A stretch of 35,663 nucleotides of DNA from Octopus bimaculoides (lineage: Eukaryota), in the NCBI RefSeq assembly GCF_001194135.2, contig NC_068988.1:37071042-37106704 (forward strand), read 5' to 3'. This document shows, piece after piece, positions 22,450 through 33,353 of this stretch. How positions within the stretch are numbered: the first letter of the stretch is position 1; each line of letters begins with the position of its first letter. The notes under the pieces are model-generated. The model did not search any database and was not told the DNA's origin. It was given only the letters and a program-made list of their open reading frames with translations. The position numbers and the translations under genes were made by a program.

Positions 22450-23010
22450 ATAAAACCAAATACAGTTAGACCAAGAAGACGAAGACAGAGGAAAATCCTA
22501 TGTTTCAACCCACCTTATAGCATGAATGTAGCTACTAACATAGCTAGGAAATTCTTAAAATTAATAGAAACCACTTTCCACAGTAACAAATGTACAACGT
22601 TAAAGTTAGCAACTGTTGCCTTCCCAATAATAATTAATCACAAAAAGCATAAACACACCAGAATCACCCCAGAAAGAAAAAGCAACTTCAGATCCCCAAA
22701 CAGATGCCCTCTAAACAACAACTGTCTCGAGAAAGAACTCGTATACAAGGCCAAGATCACGGACCCCAACGGACAAAAACAAAAAGTATGCGACATTCTT
22801 ATCAAATATAATATAAAAGTCGAAAGAATGTGGAATAAGCAACCCCCAAATAGAATGGAAAATTATTGCTAAAGCCAAACAATACCGAGGACGGGTTACC
22901 AAATGTGAATTCTGTATTTCTGAAACATTCAACATTATACAAACAGATAACATCTTAAACATTAGCGATGAAACCACTTCCTGCATTCACAAGCAATATT
23001 TTTACACTCA
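22450..23010 (+). mobile_element. Penelope-like element (Neptune-type) linker plus GIY-YIG C-terminus, decayed
   Basis: RKILCFNPPYSMNVATNIARKFLKLI, CPLNNNCLEKELVYKAKI, IEWKIIAKAKQYRGRVTKCEFCISE...ILNISDE...CIH. The catalytic YIG segment appears deleted. Confidence 0.8.
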
Positions 23011-23488
23011 AATATTTCAAAGAAGATCACATATAAACGAGGTTAACACTGCCAGGATAGCCTCTTTTCTAAATGTGAACACACATAGCACACAAACTTC
23101 ACACATAGAAGAAATATGCCCCAATAACGTATTACTTCAACGTACAAGTAGAAGCATACCATGCCTAGAACAAAAACTAGCAAATAATGCAGAATAATTA
23201 ACCATAAGCAAATTTACCACAAAGACAAATCCAAAAGATGCCACTCTAGAGTAATGCCCCTTGATACATTTTATTCATTGTTTCATTCACGCGAATTTAC
23301 CAGAAATCCCGTGAACGAAGCGAGACTGTTTTCCAAAATGGAGGCGAACACTTTTCTCCATGTGATTGGCTGGAAAAATTCATTAGACACTAGGATATTT
23401 TCCTACTTTTCTTAACATGAAAGCGTTAATTCACAAATAAAGAAATTATATATCCACCAATGCGGCATCCAGTACTCATTTCCCCGTT

Positions 23489-23489
<1 letters not shown>

Positions 23490-23577
<88 letters not shown>

Positions 23578-23590
23578 TGTGTGTGTGTGT
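23490..23590. repeat. (CA)n(TA)n(TG)n self-complementary microsatellite
   Basis: Seen directly. Confidence 0.95.
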
Positions 23591-23925
23591 AAGTCATATC
23601 GTCATAGCTTCATTGAAAACCCTTGTTAAAAGAAGGATCTCAATTTCGACAGTTGTAAAATTGTAATCCGGTCATAGCTTGGTGAGTAATGCAACTTTAT
23701 AGTCTTTACACCAGACACAATGTCGCAACCTTCCTCTGTCCAAATCCATACAGTTTTACATGCATAGGTGCACACATACATACACACATTTTCATATATA
23801 CGCCTGTGTTTTTGTGTGTGTGTGCGCGCCCGCATGTGTGTGTGTGTGCGCGCGCCCGCATGTGTGTGTGTGCGCCCGCATGTGTGTGTGCTTGTATTTG
23901 TGTGCAAAATTAATTTGTCACTCAC

Positions 23926-24062
23926 CTTGTATTCTATATAAATGAACTGAAGACACCAACGTTCGGGAACTCGGCAAGAGATCAGCAGAAATACTTTATG
24001 CTATCGAGAACATTAGTACATATATTTATTTAGATGTAATAGCAATCCCATCCAGTTTTATG
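23926..24062 (-). other. Candidate exon with strong splice signals (137 nt non-coding form, or 75-nt coding form 23926-24000)
   Basis: Acceptor ttttttttttacttttacag and donor AAG|gtgagt. The 137-nt form has stops in all frames. An internal acceptor (ctcgatag) gives open HKVFLLISCRVPERWCLQFIYIEYK. Confidence 0.3.
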
Positions 24063-26809
24063 CTGTAAAAGTAAAAAAAAAAATATCAGTATCAGTTTTA
24101 TACTCATTTCGACACTATAAACATTGTCATGTCTTAAAATATATCGATGATTTACTCATAGTATATCAAACATACATTGTTTATGTATTTACCATTGGAC
24201 TTTGACAACTTCAGGAGGATTTAGCTTTTGGCTTAACGTGTATTTTATGGTCGGGATTCTGTGATTCCATGGTCTCTTATAATTAACTGATATTACATTA
24301 GCACTTGCGCAATGACAAGAAAATTCTTACAATTATGTAGAGGCTATTCATCACTTGGCAGGAATTGCGTTCTTAATTTAATCACAATAAATCGTAGAGC
24401 TTAGATTTCCATATTATAATAACTGATTGCTGAAATGCTCTCTACATGATTAAGCTACACCGCATGAGACGGAAGATGTTAAATTTTCAACTGTGGTTCA
24501 TTAGAAAATAAATCAAATACAAAGTCATTTCACAAGAAAACTAACATAGAACCTATCCTACAAAACTTCACACTGGGATTATACAGAGCATTTTAACTAT
24601 TACGGAAGTGAACTGAAAAACGAAATTATATAAGGTTTAGTGTTATTACATTATTATAAAAGTTGCGACTAAATTGAATTTAAATCGTACCTGGATAAAT
24701 TCAATTTGTAATTTGATTCTGATATCGCCATTTGTCATGCTAAAACACTAGAGAAACATAAAAAAATTCTATAAAACGCCGTTAGAAATCCGCCTATATC
24801 TAAATATAAGTCTGATACAGACATACACATATATGTGTGCGCGTGTTATAGTGTGTGTGCATGTCATAGGGTTTGCGCACAAGTGTGTGTGTGAGTGTAT
24901 TTAAGTATGTACACCCCTGGCATATAAGTGGAAAACAAGATGGCGAGAAAGCACTCGAATACGAAATGCACAATAAAATACAGAATTTCATTGAAGCTTA
25001 TTCCAAGTTATAAGTAAGCGATGATTTACAGACTTTAACTTTTTGAATGATATAATGGCTTTAAATGGTGCGATGAAAATCAATTGACAAATAATTAAAT
25101 AAACATTTAAAGCTGATGAAACAATGGGTTGACACATTTCAAAATCGATAAAATGTGTTAGGTAAGTATATTGACCTTCAACAGAAATATTATCACTTAT
25201 AAAGTTTTGCCTTAAGGCAGTTATAATTTCTGCTTTCTAAGAAAACTCCAGACAATATCATTTTAGAGTTTAAAATTATAGACTAAGTAAGTGGACAATA
25301 AAATTCAAAATCAAAGAAAAGCAAATAAGTTTATAAATAATTTTTTTATGGATAGGAGAGGAAAGGCAAACAAGAATAAGGCGTGAAGGAAGAGCTTTTA
25401 AGTAAATAAAGGGGTAAATAAAGAAGCTAGTGAAGTGGCGTATGAATAGTATAAATTTATGAAACTGTATATGCATCACTACATAACCTCTGCTTTAAAT
25501 ATATATATAGCTAGAGAGATAAATATGTAGGTAAGCAGTGTAATTAAGAGGAAAACATGTAATGCAGATGTATGGAACGATGAGTCGGTAAAAGTGATGA
25601 GAAAGGAAAGGCGAAATATAGAGTAATCTAGAATGTAGAACGAAGATTAATATAATCGCAATGTTTTGAGATGGTGATGGTGGTGGTGTGCATTAAAAAT
25701 GATAAGATCACACGAAATAACAGGTAAAAATTAACGGTATACACATGGTTTCAAATGGTGGTAAAGCACGCAAAAAGGAGTGGAATTCAAAATGGAAGCA
25801 GTAATATTTTTTTTTTAATCATTTATATAAAAGTCATATCTATAACTTGAGGCATGATCAATAGAAGGCTACGTAAAAGTTACATGAAAGTAATGGACAT
25901 GTATTAAAGAATCGGTGAGTTTAGAAGGAAGTGGCAACATATTCCAAATATTAGTGGTAACAATTGGTGAAAGAAAACAATAGCTCTGCATGTCATATGG
26001 AACAGTATTTGAAATTAATCATTTCGAAGAATATCTGTAATAGTTCAATAATTCAGAGTTTCTGTTTAAGGTCGATTTCTCCTTAGACAGAATAAAATAC
26101 TTTTTCACTTAAACATGGCAGACATCTGATAGAATTTATCTGCGAGCCCTATCAGCTTGGCTATAAGTTTTATAAAATTGTGCATGAATCTTTAAAATAA
26201 CCGGACGAGGTTCTTCAGATGGTTAAATGTATTTAGACAGACGCGGTGCTGACATGATTTCAGGATATTAAAATGAATTCTTGTACAAGAAAAATCGATT
26301 CCTCAAGTGTTTACTAATAGGAATTTGAAATTGTCAACCAGGCTTTACATTAATTATATTTCCGTAAGCACATCTCTGCTATACACACCTGAGATCCCGT
26401 ATCGATGACACAACAAAATACTCCAGAAATTTCAGCAAAAGTGTCTAAAGCATATGTTAAACATCACTCGGAGATCTACACCGGACACACAATTGATGAA
26501 AAAGGAAAGATGTGTGAGTATGGAAGCTCAACTCATCAATAATCGTATGTGTTTAGTTAGTCATATTAAGGTCATCCACGAGCCGAAAAGGAGTTTTATG
26601 ACAAAAAATATATTAAGACCCTCATTGAGGAAATGTGGCACTGCAGCGACGAAAATGTGGATCTAAAACGTCATAAAATAGTCTACAGTTTAGGAAAATA
26701 TGAATTAAGCAATAAATAATGAAAATTTAGACAACAGCACGAAGTTGAAATCCTGCATGGTAAAGGGTCCAAAAATCTTCTCGTATGCGCAGTGTGGTTT
26801 CATTACAGC

Positions 26810-26852
26810 TTATATACATATATATATATATATGCGTGTGTATGTGTGTGTG

Positions 26853-26932
<80 letters not shown>
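26810..26932. repeat. (TA)/(TG)n microsatellite
   Basis: Seen directly. Confidence 0.95.
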
Positions 26933-28189
26933 TATGAACAACACATGAAATTCATGCAGATTGATATATCAGGCTACTATTCTATAAATCCAATGGTGTT
27001 GAATGTTGAGTAAGGCCTTAATGTTTCCTATGAGCAATTTTACTTTACTTTATATGATAGCCGACTCTGATTTGTTTGAGCTGTATGCTACATTTTATAG
27101 ATTATGAAGGCGGATTCTGGTCCTGTAAATAACCAGAATAAATAACAGAGTAAATAACTTCGATACAACAATGAGATCTAGTAACTCGGCACAAGTTTCC
27201 TAAATTAGTGGTAATATCATTACGGGGAAAAAAACTCTCTTCATTCTAAATAGATGAAGCGTAGGGGAATAGAAAGAAATAGGAAAAAAAAATTACGTTC
27301 TTTAATAACACTAGAAAAGGATTTTCTTGATTTATCGCTAGACCTAAATACTGGTTTATATCCACCATAACGTAAAAGTAATGAAAACCTAACTTATACG
27401 AATAACATCTGAAATCATCTACGCTCTGTTAACGATGCAATAAGTTAGTAGCATGTCATATAGAATCTCCAGGCGTAGCACAAATGAAAGAATTTTAACT
27501 CACATGTAGATTACTTTAAAGAAATATAAAGAAATACAAAGCAAAACATTTGTTAAATGATTACTAAGTGTTTGAGTTACCGTCCGAATCCCATTTTGTG
27601 AAGATTTCTAAATGGACCTCAATACTAAAATATCAAGAGTACATATATAATGTATTTACAGAGTATTTTTTCAAACAATATGAACTTTTAAATTTTGGTT
27701 TCTTCATGAAAGTTTCAGCTGGAGTACCTGAATATCTGCTTCTATTTATTGATATGAGAATATTTTGTGTATTTGAGATTTTGACTCCATTAGTACGAAT
27801 ATGAAAAGAGAAAATATTTAAAACTATTATTTTTCAATTGTTCATTCTTGTATATAAAAACACAAGCAGTATCATTTAAGTCTCTGTGCGTATAGGTTCA
27901 TTAACTTAAGTTATTCCTGTATGTAAGTAGGATATGCCGTTAAATATCAATAGCGACTACGTCTTCTTTGTCTGTATAGGTCTGCGTGTGTGGGATTATG
28001 TGGGCGTGAGACCACTGCATTGTCTGATAAATGGCATCTGTTACCTGTAGTGCCAATATCTGGCTAAAATTAGAGTGGTACGTCAGGAGACATGCATCAA
28101 AACGTGCGCTCTTACAATGTGTACCTGTTAAGTGTTGTAAATTGCTTATATCAGAAGGAAGCAGTATAACATTTAAAACGAAATTGCAC

Positions 28190-28408
28190 ACAGTTCTATA
28201 TTTAAGAGATGAGGAATTATATACATTATTTACATTATTTACATTTGATGGATATTTATCCACATCTTGTTTGTTGTTAACACAAGGTTTCGGCTCATGT
28301 ACCCTCCAGCTTTCATCAGGTGTCTTGGGGAAATTTCGAACTTGGGAATGAAGCTTAGGAATGAGAACCCAGGTTCGAAATTTATCCAAGACACCTGATG
28401 AAGTCTGG
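28190..28408. mobile_element. Solo Penelope pseudo-LTR with a second, inverted partial pLTR
   Basis: 28190-28346 matches 19772-19920 on the minus strand. 28353-28408 is the same sequence in the opposite orientation. 41-bp arms at 28306-28346 and 28368-28408 have 36/41 complementarity. Confidence 0.88.
28279..28324 (-). ncRNA. Degenerate minimal type-I hammerhead ribozyme
   Basis: GACAC-CUGAUGA-A-AGCUG(GAGGGUACAU)GAGCC-GAAA-CCUU-GUGUU. Both core boxes and stem I (GACAC/GUGUU) are present, with two mismatches in stem II and C in place of G at 16.2. Confidence 0.7.
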
Positions 28409-28493
28409 AAGAAGAAGAAGAAGAAGAAGAAGAAGAAGAAGAAGAAGAAGAAGAAGAAGAAGAAGAAGAAGAAGAAGAAGAAGAAAAGAATGA

Positions 28494-28529
<36 letters not shown>

Positions 28530-28565
28530 GACAAACAAACAAACAAACAAACAAACAAACAAATG
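28408..28565. repeat. (GAA)n(GAAA)n(CAAA)n microsatellite
   Basis: Seen directly. Confidence 0.95.
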
Positions 28566-29069
28566 TAAGTAGAAGAAGAAGGAAAGAACACAAAGATGAG
28601 CACGAAGGGGAGGTCAAGGAGGAGATCTGCTTTTCTTCGTTTTCACTCTCATTTATATTCTCGTTTAATCATTGGTTTGTTACCGGATATGATAGTAACA
28701 TCCTGTCATATCCTATATACCGTCTCCCTATTCTTTTGTTTTCGTTCTTTTTTTCTTATTCATCTTCGTCTTCTTTTACTTCTCTTAATTCCTTTATTTG
28801 ACTTCGTATTCTTACTGCCTAAGACTTTCCCTCTATTTCACCACAATTATTCTTATTTATATTTATTATTTCCTCCCCATAAACAAAGTACTGCACTTGA
28901 CAGCTGTACAATGTTCCAAACCAAAGATATTACATAACTTTTCATATAGAAGTAGCGCGTGCAATGGCGTTAAAATCAGAGTGGTAACGAAACAATTGTA
29001 ACTGATCATTAAAGATGTGCTAATGTCCTTTTTGTCATCATATTTGGATTATATTATACTCTTCAGTAG

Positions 29070-29177
29070 CCCCATTCATTGTTTTTTTCTGATGTGGTAC
29101 CTGGAGTTTTTACAACAGCAGAATTTCAATCATACTTGAGACAACAGTTCAAAAATATAGAAAGCCTTCAGCTTGGG
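29070..29177 (+). CDS. Candidate 108-nt phase 0-0 exon (PHSLFFSDVVPGVFTTAEFQSYLRQQFKNIESLQLG)
   Basis: Acceptor tactcttcagtag and donor GGG|gtgagt, open frame. Product not recognised. Confidence 0.25.
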
Positions 29178-29788
29178 GTGAGTATTGCATTTAAAATACT
29201 CTAGTGTATACATACATACTTACCTATACACATATAGAAGCTTTGTTAAAAAAGATCGCCTTGCATCGACGTTTTCTGGATGATTTCGATGCTCAAAACT
29301 CTGATCAATTTCTTTTTTCTACCCTACCTTTTGTTTGACGCATAACATTTGAGAGAAATTCATAAACGGAAATTTGAAGAAGCTCAGCATATATACAGAC
29401 ACACACTCATATCGTGAACAATATTGTCAGTGTGCGTCTGTGCCCAGATAGGATTCTAACCGGTCCGTTAATGGCTCTCGGCTCAAGGATATTCACAATA
29501 ATGTTTATCTACCAGTCAGCTTCTGATTCGTTAATGAGAAAGCTGAAATCATCAACGGTAGTCGTGCGCTCATTTCAATATAAATCATTATAGTTAAAAT
29601 ATGTTATAGTTTATAGCTATCATATATATTACTACACCTAATATTATTTTTCGGAAATACTGCAAGTATAGCTTACTTATTCAGGTTAATGAATAAGCAA
29701 CATTTCACATTTTTTACCAATATCATGTTTGGAGGCAACTAAAGATAGTTTGTGTATATTTTATTGGTATTGTATTGCAAATATGTAA

Positions 29789-30140
29789 GGCGTACGTGTA
29801 GTTATGTGATCAAAAGTGTGCTTCCCAACCACATATTTTCAGGTTTTGGTAGGCGGAAACTGAAAGAAGCTAGACATATATATAAATACATACCTACGTG
29901 GGTGTTTGTATGCATGTGTATATGTTTGTGTGCGTGTGCGCACGCCTGCGTGTGTGTGACAATCGGTGTTGATGCGTTTACGTTTCAGTATCTTAGTGGT
30001 TTGACAAAAGATTCCGATAGAATAAGCAACATGATTTTTAAAAATACTAGGATCCATTCATACGCTCAAAATTCTTCAAAGCGGTGCCCCAGCATGACCG
30101 CAGTTTAATGACTGAAACAAGGGAACAGATAAAAGGTAAA
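29789..30140 (+). mobile_element. tRNA-derived SINE, family A, with ~70-bp internal deletion
   Basis: ggcgtacgtgtagttatgtg...cttcccaaccacat...ggtt|ttggtaggcggaaactgaaagaagc, internal TG tract, then gacaatcggtgttgatgcgtttacg...ccgatagaataagc...gcggtgccccagcatgaccgcagtttaatgactgaaacaag. Confidence 0.88.
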
Positions 30141-31989
30141 AATATATTTAAATCATAATTTTGTTATATCTAGGCAACAAAATTGGCACTCCAAGTAAAT
30201 ATTGTCATTAATAAGTATTCCATGCGTTGTTAAACATTACAAAATCTAGATTTAGATAAGCTTTTATTCTTAGAATGCATTACATGACGTCACATTCATG
30301 CAGTCTCACCATGTATTTGGTTTCTAATACGTTCTTTTAATCACACAGTGATTATAATCTTACTGGCGTTACTATAAGTAAACATACGTTATGCATAGAA
30401 ATCCCTCATATGCCCCTATCTGCATATCAATTTGTTCTTTCTAATATACTTTGTATAGCTTTGTCGCAAGAGGCAGTATGGAGAGGATACAGTCTTTGAA
30501 GTTATAAAATATAGTGTTATAATATATTCCATGAAACTGACACTAGGTCTGCTTTGTTATCTTCTCTGCTTCATACGGAGTTGCGCAGCAGTCTTTGAAC
30601 TCGGATTTTTAGAGAAACGAAACGAAGAATAATTAGGCGTTCAGATTTGACCCGCGATATTTTGTTTCTACCATCAATCTATGTCGTTTTTTGCAATTTA
30701 CACAGGATCAGATTAAAAATCTACGACATCCGAACATCTCTTTGTTGATATCAACTGCTTTATTGCAGACAATATTTCCTATATTTTATTATCATTTATT
30801 GAATCAACTAAAGATTGTTGCGCATGTATTTCCTTTGCTTTCGTTGATTAATTTTTCTGTTGATTTGTGTATTGTAAGCATATAGTTAAATCCTTATGTC
30901 GTTTTGTCTATAGTACATATTTGAACGGAAAATAAATTATACAAACAAAAGTGATGTCTCTTAATGAACGTTCTATATAGATTGCTAAGGTTGTTCTGCA
31001 TTCATTCGCTTTGAATTTAGATATTAGAAGAACAAAAGTAAGTGATGAATATAGACTTGCTTCACGATATTTCGATTCAGCTAATAATCTAAGCTGCGTT
31101 GTTCTAATTTACAGGGGTCAGATTATATTCATTTTTATATATTCATTTTTTTAAAAATCAGTATCAGTCGTTTTAATAGAGACAATAATATATTAGTTTC
31201 AGGAATTACTAGCTATATGGATCGATTACCTTATATAACAAGTAATTTATTTAATCTAGTGGGTAATTTATATATCTCCTGTCCATTGTACCGAACAGCG
31301 TAACTTATCTATTTTCATATCTATTCGTGATTCACGTTTGCTTTACATCTGAGCATGAATAACACAAACACTAATAATATTCCATAGTCGATTGTCGAAC
31401 ATTCTAAGTAAAATTGTTCTTTTACCTTGTCAATAATACATTAGCTGATTATCATTAAGTTGTTTCTAGAGTTTGCATTTATAAAATATTATTATCATTC
31501 ACATTAAATTTGATATGTATGTCGACATAATTAATGTATTGTCTTATCTATGCGACACCGAAAATAAATCTCATCATTAATGTATTATTCGTAGCTTTGA
31601 TAATAATTACGAGACCAAAATTAAGATAAATTTTAGCAGTGAATCAATGCCTACTAGACGAACGAATAGACTTCCACTTTTCCTAGCATTTGAATACTCA
31701 TTGCCTCACACTATTAAGCTGAAAATATGATATACTATGTAAGCATCCAATTGTCCATCTCGAATTCATTTCTTTCTTTCTGTGTGTTTCTCAGATCCCT
31801 AACATGTGACATTTGCGCTTTTGTCCCCTCTATTAGATGAACACTTCCTGTTCTCGTGGCCAAAGATCTGCAGCTATGCATACATATGGCATGCTACTTA
31901 TCAGATTCATTGGTGGCCTATGGGTTCTTGAGAGTCTGGGCAACCTCTGATAGTTTAGATTTTGCTCTGCTGCCACAGAGCGTTCCAAT

Positions 31990-32685
31990 TGACCAGCAAG
32001 ACACTTACGGCCATTTCCTCGTATTGCTTACAATGAAACCCCCTCACTGACCTGATAGGCAGGCCATAATTACGTCCTCAGTATAGCTAACTTCCGACTC
32101 CTAGCGAATATACTACATTCCTAATTCAGTGAAACAGTCTTCCACAGGGTCAATAGTTCGGTTTCTTTGTAGCTTAGTTGAATCTGTCAGAGCATACGCG
32201 CCGCTACTGTAGGTACGGAACAACCATTGTCATTATTGCACCTGTATGAGGTATTGAACTCAGGTTTGGCCACACTTTTATTTGAGAAGTACATCAGAAA
32301 ATGGAGATATATCTCACTATGTCTCTTCGTGTCATATCTAGAAATGATGCTCAGCGATATTGACTGGATAGGTCACGTTGAACATCAACAGCGAGCTACT
32401 AACACACTTCCGATTCGCTCATGATATTGCACTCATCACGGAAACCACAGATCAGTTGCAGACAATGCTGACATAGCTAGATATCAATAGCACATAAGTA
32501 GACCTTAAATTGAACAGCATGAATATGAAGTACATGCGGATTGAAGAGATCATGCAAGGGCAAATGCAGGTGGGAAGCTATGAAATCGCTGAGGTAAAGG
32601 AGTAGGTCTACTCAGAGCACACAGTAAATATGCGGCGAGATAGTGATGTTGAAATCTGAAAGAGAATAAGGGTGACAGTTTATAT
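31990..32685 (+). mobile_element. Decayed RTE-clade LINE reverse transcriptase
   Basis: THFRFAHDIALITETTDQLQTMLT*LDINS, KYMRIEE, KE*VYSEHTVNMRRDSDVEI*KRIR correspond to the RTE HLRFADD...YVYLG region. Weaker upstream motifs. Confidence 0.85.
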
Positions 32686-33353
32686 ACAAACTGCACTCTA
32701 GCAATTTTTAAACCTTTTTAAGGCTATCGCAAATTGTAGATTGAGTGAGTTCATTAAAACCTTTGCATAATTTCATTTTATCATATTTAGTTCCTGTCCA
32801 TTTTCATTATGTTGCACACCTACTCAATCATCCCTATATATCACTATGCTGCCGCCTTCTATTTCGTTGTTGAGGATATATAAGACGTTGAGACCAACCA
32901 GATCCGCTTTCTCTCCTCTATAATATCTCCTCATGACCTCAAACAGCTCATATCCATTTTTTTCACGTAAGAAATATTATCATGAAAAAGCAATGAATTG
33001 TTTTTGTACATTATCATAACTCTATTTCTATATGTTTACTAAATTCGAGTACGTTTCAAGGGCGATTTTGGGGAGGTGGAAGTGTAAAACCCTGCAAAGA
33101 CGAACTGAATAAATTTGCATTTGGAGATACCTTAAAAGCGAACAATAATAACATGGAAAGAAACGACAAAATAAAGAAAGAAGTGGAAGCACACTGGGAC
33201 TAGAGATGTATAAAAAATATCTGATAGTCTGGTCGATACAGTGATACAGTGATATTAATACGTAGCGAGAAATAATTCTGGTTCTACAAACAGGAAAATA
33301 CAACTTAAAATACAAGTGTATATGAGTGTGACCATGATAAAGCGGCATAGGTA

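Noticed and set aside
23490-23590. (CA)n(TA)n(TG)n fold-back
   Set aside because: Self-complementarity is a trivial consequence of a compound dinucleotide microsatellite, which is common in this genome type.
24800-24991. Signal-peptide-like ORF MKFCILLCISYSSAFSPSCFPLICQG
   Set aside because: It runs into microsatellite-derived sequence, has only a weak donor, and the phase does not give an open product with the next exon candidate.
29440-29530. A-box/B-box-like spacing on the minus strand (gctgactggtag...ggttagaatcc)
   Set aside because: No cloverleaf and no match to the two SINE families seen here. Too weak to call a tRNA or SINE.
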